A model generated the notes under the pieces. That model was not told the origin of the DNA and ran no database searches. It worked only from the letters and a program-made list of their open reading frames with translations. A DNA stretch of 64,000 bases. Source: Ascidiella aspersa. Lineage: Eukaryota. Within the stretch, counting starts at the first letter, position 1, and each line of letters starts with the position of its first letter. Below, piece after piece: positions 52,701 to 64,000 of the stretch. Where the stretch lies: NCBI GenBank assembly GCA_963924565.1, contig OZ004607.1:14818001-14882000 (forward strand). Direction: 5' to 3'. The position numbers were made by a program, and so were the translations under genes.

Positions 52701-55700
52701 ACGCAGCAGAAAAATATCTTAGGCCCAGTACCGCACTATTACCAAAGATGGTTCAGTGAATTGTCCGATTGACTAAGGTCATTAACACCATGAACAAAGA
52801 GGACTTGCCGGCGATCAAGTAATCGCTGTAGCTGGGCACCATAATTGATAAACGTCGCCTTGTGTGCATTTTTGCACCGGATGACCTCGTCTCGCCGCAG
52901 CTTATCGTCGTCTAGATTTACCGTCAATCTATAGTATTTTTATTCTATTATTTCTACAGTATATAAGCTGCCTAATGTATTCTCGTTTTAATCTTAGTTT
53001 TTAACCCGCGTGAAGTCAGTTTGCTGAAACGTAGGTTAATTACTTCGTTTACACCGCGCGATTTTTATCTAATGATAGGTTGCCCGGTGGAGCAAAATCG
53101 AATGTTGAAATATTTTTGTTAATGTTAGATACAACATGCGATTTTAATTTATTAAAATTTAAAATTTTTGTAAAAAAATCAATTTGCTGAAAAGGCGATT
53201 TAATTCGAATTTTAATACATAATAAGATTGGTGGTATGCTATCTAATATAATTATAAATACAATGTATATCTATTTATGTATATGATCCCATTTTTGGTT
53301 GTTTTGAATAAAATCAGACTAACAACAAAACTTTTAATTGCCCAAGCAGTGAACCTGCTTATATCCTAAATGTCTTTATTGGTGGAATTAAAATTTGTTA
53401 ACTGCTGAGCTTTAAAATTGTAAAAATATTTGTGCAGGAAACGCAAACCACAAAGGAAAAGGAAAACGTAAGAAGTGAGTAGATTTATAGTTCGTTTAAT
53501 TCATTTAAATTTAAACCGTACAAGGGATTTTGATAAATTGCTTGTTTTGTTTCCAGAAGTTTCAGAAAGTGATATTGCAATAGCAAAGATTATCAAAAAG
53601 GATGATGAAACTGTGCAAGAGGTGAGTGGGGGATACTAGCAAAAAATCTTAAACTAATTCTCGCAAAAAACATTTGTAAAAAAAGATAGTTTTTTAGTTT
53701 GTGAGGAAAAAGGTCCCGTGACGAAGTTGTTACACTAAAAGGTTATATATGTTTTTAAGATACATGTTATTTTCAAGGCGCTATGACGCTTTTTTGTATT
53801 TATATCCGTTCAAATTTAACGCCAAAGGCAAATAAGTGCTTTATTCTTTAGTTGAATAAAATATTGTTTAAGTAAAAGGTTAGATCCTAATGAGTATGAC
53901 CCTTCAGTATTATCGAAGGGTAACAAGTAACCATAGTTTTCTACAGTCCGCCTTGTGTTTTACAATCGGGTCGTACTTTTGACTTGATTAATTTGCAGAA
54001 TGTTAAATTAAAGTCGAAAGGAAAAGGTAAATCCAAGAAGAAATCTAATAATATGTCGTTGCAAACATTTTTATCGGAAAGCAACTCAAAAGCAATAGAT
54101 GACGCAAAACAAGCGATTGAAAGGTAACATTAATAACGAAGGCTCAATAAAAATAAATACCTTTGACACTAAATCGTAGTGTCCAAATATTGCTCTCATG
54201 CTCTTTTATGGTTTGCGTAATACGCAAATGCCATTAGTGTTCCAGTTCGACATCTTGTAAAAAAACGTAGATTTTAAATTTTGGTTTTTGGCCAGCATGG
54301 TCGTTGTTGCAACTTCATAAACACTCAACACCTTTATTGTAAAGACAATAGTTTTAAAATGCTATAACCAATATGTAACCAACTACATGTGTTATAACAT
54401 CCTTATAAATTGAAAAATAACAAGACTTTAGGTTATAGATTTTATAAGTTTGTACGTTTTACATACTTATAGTTAGTAAATATCGGTTTCTTACTCGGCA
54501 GAATAAACAATTCGAAAACTCCTTTTAAATCACCCGATGATTTTCAATTTGAAATGAATATTGAAAGTTCGAATGCCGAAGAGGAGCAATTCAAGTTGGC
54601 GTCATTATACAGGTTGGAACTAAAATCCAATTTTTTTTTATTCGATGGAATTTTGTTTATACCTGTAACACACACATATATATATACGTTCCGTAGCGCA
54701 GCAAACATTCGTAGAAACTAATACAGTAACATGGCCTACGAACGTTGAATAAAAAAGGAATGGATATAAATGTAAATTTGAGATATAAAAAACATTTAAT
54801 AATTTTCCGTTTTTTTACAGTTTTTTTGAAGAGTTTTTCAAGCGTAACGGTCCGACACGCCTCGATGATAATGCTCTCAGAAAAGAAATAACAACTGAAA
54901 GATTGTCAATTATTTTACAACGTTTTTCTAATTTCGAATCATTCATTAAAAGCAACTCAACGTGAGTAGATAAATGGATTATGCTTTGTGCTGTGTTGCT
55001 TTTAAGATGTCTGACATAAGTTGCAAAGACATATCACTATGTTAAATTTCACACCACCACCGTATATAAAAAAACAGTTGTATATCACCTGGTAACCGCT
55101 TCGAATTTATTTATTGTGTTGCTCTTCTTTTTGCTTTCAGTTTCGTGATAAAAGAGAGTGTAGCGTTTTTAAAGAATCAGGAAGAAATTATGAAAACGAG
55201 GTCCTTAAAGACGAATACAACTTCAGCTGGACCGGTAAGCTAAAGTAATTTTCAATAAAACCATCGTACACCAAGAAAAAAAGTTACTTAACATTTAAAT
55301 CTATTCTGACGACTCAATGTTTTAACTTCGTGAAACCCCGCGCTAAAATGCGATACTTAATTTTGAATCTTTCGATTTTTTTTATTCAGTCCAAATCATC
55401 GTCGAATTCGGAATTTTTGGAGGAATTTTTAAAGGTTGGCGACGTGCCGCTGAACGATATAAAGAACATTACGGGAAAGCCGAAAAAGGACCCGACCCCT
55501 GCTGGTCAAGTTTTCCAGCAGAACAAGACAGTTTTAAAAATTTCCAAGCCGGAAGGCGGTGACGGTAAGAAGCTCAAAAAACTTTCCGTAAAACCTGTTA
55601 AACAAGCGAGCAAAGAAAATGTTAACAAGGGCGACCTAGGCAGGATGATGAAGTTAAACGGACTTGACGTGCAGAAGAAATTAGGTGAGTTTGTTGAGTT

Positions 55701-58700
55701 TAAATTATTATTGGGCCTTCGTCCTTTTAACATGTGTTCGAATTGCTCCATTTTTCCACACTATTGCAGTAACTACGTGTTCTGTGCCAGTCTGTTGGTT
55801 AGCCTTTTCTTGTGGTACGTATAGTGGCGTACTGTAAGCGTTTCTGGCAACAATGCTTATGGAACTATAGTGTTTAAATTATTGTCTTATATACAGTAGA
55901 TAATTCCTTTGAATACTCAAAATCCCTATTTTTACTTTTTGTCGAAGTTCTACAGTCACTCAATTAAAATCAACTCTCTTTATTAGATGAAATGTTATCT
56001 GGTGCTAGCGGTGCTATATCACATGGAATAGGCAAAACGTTGAACCCTCGAATGGCCGAACTGTCCACAAACAATAGCTCGAATAACGATAACATCGAGC
56101 CCACTACAGCAAGTAAGTATTGCATGTGGAATTCACCAATAGAGTTGCAAGATGTACTAAATCCGTGCTTACAACCTATTCTATCAGTTGTGCATCAATC
56201 TAATAATAGTTGTTTAGTAAATCGGTGGTATATGGGTTATTATATGTCGTTATTATATGCCCTCAAAAACAAATACAACATTGGCCAGGAAACACCTGTA
56301 TTAGTATACATTTTTTTTGTATCACCTAGCTTTTCGATTGAGTTTGAGTATTCAGTAGTTAAAAAGCACTGAACTAAACTATGCTTGTTTTTAGTATACT
56401 GAAATCTATCGTAAACAGTATGTTCACACAACAGGGCATATTTTATAGATTTATTTTTCTAAACAACACTATTGAATCCCACACAGGAAAAACGTCCTGT
56501 TTTATCGTTTTGTTGTGAATTTGTATTTTTCTAACAGTCAGTTTTTCAGCACAAATTGAGCTAAATGTAAGCAGCTTTTTTCATGACGACAATCTTTATT
56601 TTTGAAATAGAAAAATCACTTCCAGAACCTTCGAATGTAGCCATGGCTCCCTCCTCATCTGGCAATGGATCGGGGTCGAGTTCACATACTGGGGTGGGTT
56701 AATCTTAATCTTGGCGAAAGTTTTTTATGTAAATTTTTTCACAGATAATTTTTGTAACTTTTAGTTGCAACGAACCTCACAGTGATTGCAAGCTTTGGCC
56801 CTGAAATGTACCGCCCATCTTTTATAAAGCCATATATAGTGTGTAATATATCATGCTTTGTTTAATACTTTATAGTGGTTTGTCTTATATAGGTATATTG
56901 ATCTTTCTTGTTCTCGTGAGAGTTTCGACCCAATTATTAATTATTATTATTGATGTTTTTCTTTTGATAGAACCGGGCTTCTGGTAAAGTGAAACTCAAA
57001 AAACTAGTGAGTTTAAATTACGAATAGAATACCATCAAGCATAATTACAAATGATCTGACATTTTAATTTATTCATCATAAATTATTTTTGCCTGTGTTT
57101 GATACCTCGTAGCATTAATTTAGCCCTAAATATATTATATTAGCGGAATTTGCTTTAAGATTTGGGTAATGAATAGAGAAACTTTGTTAACTTGTAACAA
57201 GTGCAATAAAAGTATTTGATCAGCACCGATATCAACCTATAGTATCGGGCCACCACCGATACTATTACCTTGTATCATATATAGGCCATGATCCGATATT
57301 ATCGAACATTTCTAGTTGATCTTACAGATCTTTAATAAACAGGGATCTTTAAAACCATTGTATTATTAAAACATTTATTTCTGATTCGGTAATTTGTGGC
57401 ACTCACACTACAAAGTTACATCACAGTTAACCAGATAAACACCGGGGTATAAAAATTACTGTTTTTGAAATGAAACATCATCTCTCTGTAAATTTGAGTA
57501 ACATTTTTTTTCGTTTATTAAGCCACAAAAACGTGTCACAGCAGCAGTTTACCAACCCTTGATTTAGAACTGCCGTTCCGCAATAATTTTTTGCCAGGCT
57601 TGAAAAGTTTGCTTGATCGATGCAGTTCTTTAACCTCCAAACTTATGTCTACAGAACTCGAAAACTGTAACAGTTGACAAGACCAAAATGGTAAGTCTAA
57701 AAATTTTTTTATTAAACTTGTGTTTGTGAGTGTCTTTTGTAAGAATAAAATGGATTAATATTAATTCAAAGTATGTCGCAATACACTGGTCAACAAAATT
57801 TCACTTTATTTTGTAACGAGAATATAAGTATTTTTTGCGCTGATTCCGAATCTCGAAGTTTTTCGAAATCTGTTTCTCTCGCATCAAATTTTTAAGATAT
57901 CGACAAATTGGTGTTTACAGAAAAACAAAACATAATTAAAACTGTACACAGCTGTGATACATGACTGTTGAACATGTCTAAAATATGACTTTTTCGTACA
58001 CATGACGTCTTCACGATATAACATCTATCAGATGTCTTCAAAATTGTTCACTTATTCTTAAAACGTTGGTGACAAATTCCATATCTTAAATGTCATCGTT
58101 ACATTGTGTTCAACTTGTTCAAGACTAGCTTCAAAGTTTTCTGGAAATAAATTTAAAGGGTGCAGAAACGACGTTTTGAGTGAAATGTAGTAACCCAGTA
58201 ATACATAATCCCAACCAGATTATTAACCACCACCGAAAAATAATGCGATTTAGCAGTAAAGTTAGCACGCAGCCGTTAAAGCACACATAACTGAAACATT
58301 TTCAATTTGCTTGGCACTTTTCTAATATATTGGCTCTCCAAGACCCCTTGTTGATCCCTCAGCTTGCTTGGTTTCTTTTTATGGAGAAATCCTAAGCCTT
58401 TTAGAAGTGCACTTTCTATTTCTGTAGCAGAAATTTCTGAGCGGAATACTGTAATATTTCGATGTCAGCCACTTACAACGCTTCTGTTTGTAGGCCGATA
58501 TCTTCCAAACTAATGCTGTTTGGTAGCACCACTGTTTCACAAGCACACCAAACAGCGGAGCTTTATTAATCCTACTTGCTTTCTTATGAATTAATGTTAT
58601 GGTGGTAACAAAAAGATATGTCTACAGCTCCCAGTTGTATTTTCGAACTTTTCTGGGAAACAGAATTGGTTTGAACTTTTGTTTGGTTCTTATGCGAACT

Positions 58701-61700
58701 CACCAGGTTCACTTTGTTAAACTCCTTTACACAACACCTTTCAGCTTTATCAGAAACAATTTAAGACTTTCGTGGGAGGACGCGGAACAGCTACCGAAGC
58801 TCAGAAGTTGATATATGCAAATTTCTTCTTTTGAAAGAAAACCATTTAACATGGACAACGCAAAAAGAGAGCAGTCCTGAATGTGGTGTTCTCGGTATAA
58901 CACGGGGATGCGTTTCGATTTTCTTTTGGTCTCCTAACTAACAGCGAAAGTAGAATTATACAACTTTTGATATATGTAGTGGTGGTGGTCCATTACTTGT
59001 CTTTGGTTCAACAACCATTCAAATCAGGTCATTATTTGCTCTTGTATTTTTTTGTTGGCCTATAAAAGCATGGCACAATCATATTGACCAGCATCTCGCA
59101 TAAACAAACTTTAATTTATTTTGATTTGTTCTGTACAGTGCTATATTGGATACTTCTTCAAAGGCATTTATACTTATCCTGAAGCACTTTATCTACACCT
59201 GGATTTAACTACTCAATATACACGTTTTAAGCAAATACATCAGCAAAATATCCCCAAAAGATGGAATGCTTTGTGACATATTACATCGCTACTGGATTAT
59301 ACGCAATCTGCCTGTATTTATAACAAAACATTAAAAAAATTAAAATGCAAGTATCTCAAAAACCTGATGTACTATACAAAAATGGCAGTTTCAGAATCAG
59401 CGCCAAAAACCCTTTAAGCATCAAGTTATCACATCTCTGTTTAAAGTTTGGTGTTGACCAGTGTTATTAAAAAAATGTTTGTTAATGTCAGCTATATAAT
59501 ATTGCAACTTTATTATTTTAACATTACCGTTTTTAGCCGAAGTTGCAAACCAGTTCAAATGCGACGCAAACTGAATTAATACCTTCGTATGAGAAACTGA
59601 TTGAGACGCTTGAGGGCGATAAACGTCTGTTGCAGGAACGCATATCGGTTAGTCTTTATAAATATTTTTAAAGACTAAAACCTCTTACGATATAAACGTT
59701 TACAATATATAGTGAAGTGTCGTTTAAGCGACAGCTAACGTCTGTCAAAGTGATTTTTTATTTATCTTAACACGATTTTAAATGCGGCGCGAAGTATACC
59801 TTTTGATTGTATGTTTTTTAGTTGTACATGTTTTTAATTCCAGCACATATTCCTAAAATTTTACATTAAAAAGATCCGCATTGAAAATATTGCCCTCTGG
59901 GTTGTTTATACAAGGGGGGCGTGTACAACCATTCACAGACAAATAATTTCTTACAAATCTTGAAATTCTCGGGGTAATAAATCTGTCCCAAAATATTCGC
60001 CCATTCGCACGCCGACCCAGGCCTCTTGTTGCCAATCACTTTGCACCGTTTTATATAGGAGCAGGAAGACAAGCTCACCTGCCTGACCAAGACTTCGCGC
60101 ACGGAGTTGAGCGCTCTCAGCAAGGAGGTGAGAGAACTGAAGGCGCAGCTTGGAGCAGCGATGGTGGAGGCGACCAGCGCCACGCAAAGTTGCGATACCG
60201 AGGTGAAGAAGGCGCAAAAAGACAAGTCGTCCTGGCAGGAAACGGCCAAGGTCCTTAAGAAGCAGCTAAAAGAGGTTTGTTGATGTCAACATCGTAACCT
60301 TAATTTTCGGGACTGTTGTTCGGGATTTTTTTACTCAAAACATGAGCTAAAATTCTTTGTAAAGTCGTTTAATTATTGAGGATCTCTACCACTTAATTAA
60401 AAATTTCATTTTAAACAAATCTGCTAGACAGGGAGTTTATAACTTAGAATGCAAAACAGAAAACTGGTTGACCTGTTTTCAGGTTGTACTTCCTACGCTT
60501 GACAGTTTTTACAACTCGTTCGCTCTGTTTTAGAGGTATTAAAGTCGTGTCAGATTAAAATTGATACTCGGTGGTAAAGTAACTGTCCCGTCATACAACT
60601 TTGTAGCCGTACTTCGTCATCAGACTTTTTCGTCTTTGCTAAACCCGGCATTCCGAACAAGTGGTTCTTAACCGGGGTGCAATTTCTAATACTCAAGGGT
60701 GCCGAGAGATATTTTGAGAATCTTTACGTTGTGCAGAGTTGATGTGTGTTGTTCCAGTTCCGTTTATTGTGACATTCTGGTGAATTACTTATGGAAAATC
60801 TTGTAGAGGTGCCGCAATCTATTTGGTATTTCTGAGGGATGCCGCTAGCCATAAAAAGTTAAGAAGGAACACTGACTTAGAACGATCCTTGTTTTTTGTT
60901 GTGCGTAGGCTCAAGACTCGCAGATCAACGCGCAGAATCAAGTCACCGAGAAACAGAAGGAGCTGGATAAGCTCTCGGCCGCCATCCAACGGCAGCGGGA
61001 GGATGGTTACAAGTACAACTTCGAGCACACGACTGAAGTGAGGAAACTGGAGGAGACGATTAAGGAGACCAAGGAGCGAGCCGTGCTGGCCGAGGTCGGT
61101 GAAAACTGATTTTTCTTTAACTCGACAGAAATGCGAAAATAAATCAATCAATCACCAGTAGTGTCGACTAGGCTTTTCCAACACCACAAACCCTATAGTT
61201 GGTTAATGGTTATGTAGAACTAAACGGCGTTTTTTTAGAAGACTAGGCTAACCTGACATCGAAGCTCTGTTGGAAAAGCAATTTGCAATCTAAAAGCCGC
61301 AAATAAACATTAAACTTCACATGCTCTCATTTATTTAATTATTTACAAATGTAACATCAATTAGGACAATAATTTTCCGCCCTTCTTTGAATGATCAAAA
61401 GTTTACTACATTACTTGTACTGAAGAAGGATTTTGTCTGTGGCCAACCACAGGGTATTTTACCGATTAAATCACAGTAGTGGGCAAGCATACAAAAACGT
61501 GCTGATTCATCATATTCAGTTGCTCTCTGTGTAAGATAAGCTGGCTACGAAACGCGATAAACCGGTCGCACAGAGCACAAAGCGCCCTAACCAATTTCTA
61601 CGTACCTCTCTTGCGCAGCTCACAACCCTCGAAACCCAGGAGAACTTCGGCGTGATCAACCTGCGTCGAGCGAAGGCCGAATGCGACAAATTTGCCGGCG

Positions 61701-63714
61701 ACCTGGAGCAGCTCTCGCACCAGCACGCGCAAAACCCTGCCATGAAGAGCAAGGTGCTTGAGGCCAGTCTGCAGTGGAAGAAAAACGCCGACGAGTGTCA
61801 GCGGCGACTCGACCAGACCAGGGTGTGTGATAGGGTCGCACTGCTTCGCTTTTTGTTTCTAGGACTATGAAAAACGTTTATGAATAGCGTATTAATCTCT
61901 AAGTTGCATTTTTTTCATTAGTATACACTTACAGATATATACGTTTTTACAGTGTTTGGCGTTGTTTTTGCGTTTTGCGTCTCGAGTTTCTCGACAGGCA
62001 GCAAGCTTTCATATTTAATTTTTGCTATTTAAATTAAATTTGGTGTGTTTGCGTTTCGAATAACTCTCTTAATTCCATTGCTCGCTCTCTGCGAAAAGAC
62101 TGGTGGTAGAGTTACAAGGGGGATTTGGTGTTAATATTTACCAACCTTCTTGCCACCGTTTATATAAATGGTTGGTTTATTTTTCATTTTTAAAGATGAT
62201 TTGCTGTGCCCAGGAACATATGTTTGCGTTACAAGCTTTTTTAGCAAACCAAGTTGGGTGACGGCGCACAAGTACTGACTTTTCGTTCCAGAAACTCTTC
62301 GCCGATCAGTCGCTTCAAGTCCGCCGCGGCCAGGTGCTTTCCGAGTTGCCCCTCATCAACGTACCCAGCCCGCCCCCACCTGGACCCAACCTGCACCAGC
62401 TTTCCATGTTGCTGATGCGCAACCCGCCACAGTTCTTCGCCTCCAACAAGTTTGCCAACATGCCGCTCTCGGTGGATATGAAGAACATAACGCAACCGTT
62501 AGTACTCGAACTTTGCGCGATTGCTTTAAAAACAGTTTTGCTACTGTATTTAGTGTACAATAACGATGGGAATAATTATTATGAGTAAAACTTTCAAAGC
62601 ATGAACCTATTTTATTATTTGAAATATTCAATAGTGTAATTCATGCCAGAACAAAACAACCGCCGTTGTCCTAGCACAATGTGTGAAGACCACATCTTGC
62701 ATTTCGAATAGCTTAATATACCTCCTGTACGCCAGGGTGTTTTCCTTTAACGTGTTTTTACATGTAAAGGATGATGCACGTTAACAATGGAATAGACACA
62801 ACAAAGGTCCACCAGCGCCCACAAATGGGAATTCCCCAGAGTCCGTGGAACGATGCCCCCGTGAGAGCCCCTCTAACCCCCGTTGGGTCGGAGCAGCAAC
62901 CGCTGTGGCCGAGCCATCCAGTTACCGAACCCAGCGTATCGGTAAGTAAAAACTGACATGCGTTTTAATTGTTTGTTTATTTTGTTTTTAATTGTTTTAA
63001 TATGGTGCAACATTTTATAAGTTAGTGCTTTGTTCGATGCCATATACTAATATGTTGCCTGCTGCACTAGTAGTTGTCCTACTACATTTTGGCGATAAAA
63101 TTAATTGTTGATCATTTCGCCTTTAAAAGCTGTTGGTAATAATTGCAAAAAGCACATGTACTTACAGTTAAACAGACAGATGACTTTTCTAATTCTCACT
63201 TTGTTTTACTTGACTTGGGCAACGTTTTACAGCACAAATACCTTATTTGTCCTTAGATTACTGTTTCAGGCCAACTGATTTCGGTTGACTTTTAAACAAG
63301 GCTTTGCGGTGTCGTCAGTTGCTTTAAAAATGTGTTTGTCTTTGTAGTGGTAACGCAATACATGCCTAAAGCGTAAATTTATTTGTTGCATTGGCAGAGT
63401 GACCGAGATGCTACCACGACGGCCTTTTTTCAAAATCACCACCAACAGCAAACGGTCATGTCGAAACCGGCAACCATGCCAAACCCAGTCACCACAACAA
63501 ACCAAATGCCCGTGCAAGACTACGCCAGACAGCAGGTCCCCGTTTCTGCCTCGACCAATCAGCTTAAACAGCCTGCGGTCTCTTCGACCAATCACACTCC
63601 TCCCATCGGTCACGTGAAACGCCCGTCTTCATCCAGTCCCGCTCCTCCGCAACACAAGGGAAGCTTCGAGAGGATCATGGGCCAGTTGGAGAAGATGTAT
63701 CCCAGCTTTTCCAG
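19704..63714 (+). CDS. TTC3: TTC3-like E3 ubiquitin ligase (TPR repeats, TTC3/DZIP3-type domains, coiled coil); 3' end, including the expected RING, lies beyond the window
   Basis: 38 phase-consistent GT-AG exons: 19704-19763, 19907-19973, 20226-20403, 20524-20665, 21080-21150, 21519-21720, 23189-23349, 23828-24018, 24520-24617, 25309-25351, 25603-25682, 25890-25964, 47657-47755, 48059-48316, 50714-50910, 51009-51091, 51534-51703, 51779-51880, 51987-52079, 52293-52463, 53438-53474, 53557-53621, 53999-54123, 54502-54612, 54821-54961, 55141-55234, 55390-55684, 55987-56112, 56611-56693, 56971-57006, 57655-57690, 59537-59647, 60059-60274, 60909-61094, 61619-61822, 62292-62497, 62770-62941, 63398-63714. 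TTC3-like motifs: KDMGNEFFKK...LFCNR, DGYRATSLQPDWGKAYHR, PGVLTWP, PPRPDVVCRYDNC...EIYFSDLDFEGFIYILCDWQCETRFHYKCW, LYSFFEEFFKRNGP, RAVLAE, SFERIMGQLEKMYP. Confidence 0.92.
23189..24018 (+). CDS. TTC3: TTC3 TPR-repeat exons (23189-23349, 23828-24018)
   Basis: GKMLRFKDMGNEFFKKQDYMQALKVYTEAIETYPYSPVLFCNRCIAALKLTIYD-LAVLDGYRATSLQPDWGKAYHRRAEAL matches the TPR consensus. Confidence 0.93.
24655..24990. mobile_element. Degenerate hAT-type MITE in a TTC3 intron
   Basis: CAGGGGTTCTTAAACTGGGGTCC ... GTTCGCGGTAAAAAAAGTTTAAGAAC. TSD not recognisable. Confidence 0.55.
27637..36106 (-). CDS. Class A (rhodopsin-like) GPCR, about 974 aa, nested antisense in TTC3 intron 12; very large ECL2 and ICL3
   Basis: Exons 35975-36106 (TM1, GIVLN), 34814-34952 (TM2, IAITDLL), 32533-32717 (TM3, MSVERC), 31613-31746 (TM4), 30203-31364 (ECL2, TM5 FFIPF...SY, ICL3), 29632-29818, 29045-29278, 28364-28527 (TM6, FALCWLP) and 27637-28224 (TM7 NPVMY, C-tail, stop). 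They sum to 2925 nt in frame, all GT-AG. Confidence 0.92.
28734..28931. repeat. Tandem duplication, 2 x 99 bp
   Basis: Units start at 28734 and 28833 (GAATTTGCATCG...GTAAGCCTG) and differ at 1 position. Located in GPCR intron 7. Confidence 0.95.
46144..46624. mobile_element. hAT-type MITE with CAAGTC subterminal repeats
   Basis: TIR CAGTGTTGTAA / TTACAACACTG with a perfect 8-bp TSD GCTGTGAC (46136-46143, 46625-46632). Confidence 0.9.
48107..48151 (+). repeat. Coding (CAA/CAG)n polyglutamine tract in TTC3 exon 14
   Basis: Encodes QQQQLQQQQQQKQQQ. Confidence 0.85.
50714..52079 (+). CDS. TTC3: TTC3 conserved central region exons (PGVLTWP and Cys/His-rich domain)
   Basis: Five exons joining in frame. 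PGVLTWP, C-x4-C, C-x3-C-x3-FH-x2-CW and CFTDGCLG resemble the vertebrate TTC3 central domain. Confidence 0.93.
52739..52900 (-). mobile_element. Possible highly decayed LINE RT fragment
   Basis: FINYGAQLQRLL...VLFVHGVNDL loosely resembles the CR1/L2 motif INYGVPQGS.LGP.LF..YVNDL. Weak similarity only. Confidence 0.3.
57784..59463 (-). mobile_element. Decayed Chapaev3-like (CMC) DNA transposon in a TTC3 intron
   Basis: TIR CACTGGTCAACA / TGTTGACCAGTG with ATA/TTA flanks and subterminal GCTGATTCCGAA / TTCAGAATCAGC. Minus-strand remnants LGYYISLKTSFLHPLNLFPENF and IPVLYREHHIQDC resemble Chapaev transposase motifs LGCNMSLK.HFLHSHLDFFPEN and PM.WREP..H..DCYFC. Confidence 0.72.
60659..60874. mobile_element. 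Degenerate hAT-type MITE
   Basis: AGTGGTTCTTAACCGGGGTGC ... GGGATGCCGC...AAAAGTTAAGAAGGAACACTG. Confidence 0.5.
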
Positions 63715-64000
63715 GTATGATTTTAAGAGATATTTTTAGATTCAACTATTCTCCAAACGTTTTTTTTACAATAGGGCAATACAGGCTTCAAAAACCGTTA
63801 CAACTATTTTTTTATTTTTTTCACAATTTGTATTGTGTGTAGCGACTGCTTTTATGCCATTGGTATTACCTCTTCGACCATTGTCATCGTATCCACAAAA
63901 ACGTAAAATCAACAAGCTGGATACAATTATACCAACCGAATCTAGTTTAAATTTTTCTTTACCTAAAGTCATTTTAAAGGGTGTACGTGGCGTCTTACAA

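Noticed and set aside
59866-61151. Minus-strand ORFs of 110-127 aa
   Set aside because: Antisense shadows of GC3-rich TTC3 coiled-coil exons.

Overview
Eukaryotic, intron-rich genomic DNA with GT-AG introns. It is probably from an invertebrate chordate such as an ascidian; this is inferred from gene content and MITE landscape, not proven. From left to right the window holds: (1) a frameshifted Ty3/Gypsy (Mag-like) LTR retrotransposon (1-4618, +), interrupted by a 5'-truncated Penelope-like element (GIY-YIG endonuclease, minimal hammerhead ribozyme, 13-bp TSD); (2) exons 1-3 of an SLC5A3/SMIT1-like Na+/myo-inositol cotransporter (- strand), with the Gypsy element apparently in its intron 3; (3) about 13 kb between the two start codons, full of hAT-type MITEs plus a second, non-coding 232-bp hammerhead-bearing insertion with a 14-bp TSD; (4) a TTC3-like TPR/E3 ligase gene (+, 38 coding exons reconstructed, running off the right edge); (5) a complete antisense 9-exon class A GPCR (about 974 aa) inside TTC3's 21.7-kb intron 12, with a huge acidic Tyr-rich ECL2 and a roughly 350-aa ICL3; (6) a decayed Chapaev-type transposon in a later TTC3 intron. 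The most notable observations are the two minimal-hammerhead insertions with inverted termini, the nested C3aR-like-architecture receptor, and the SLC5A3-TTC3 neighbourhood.
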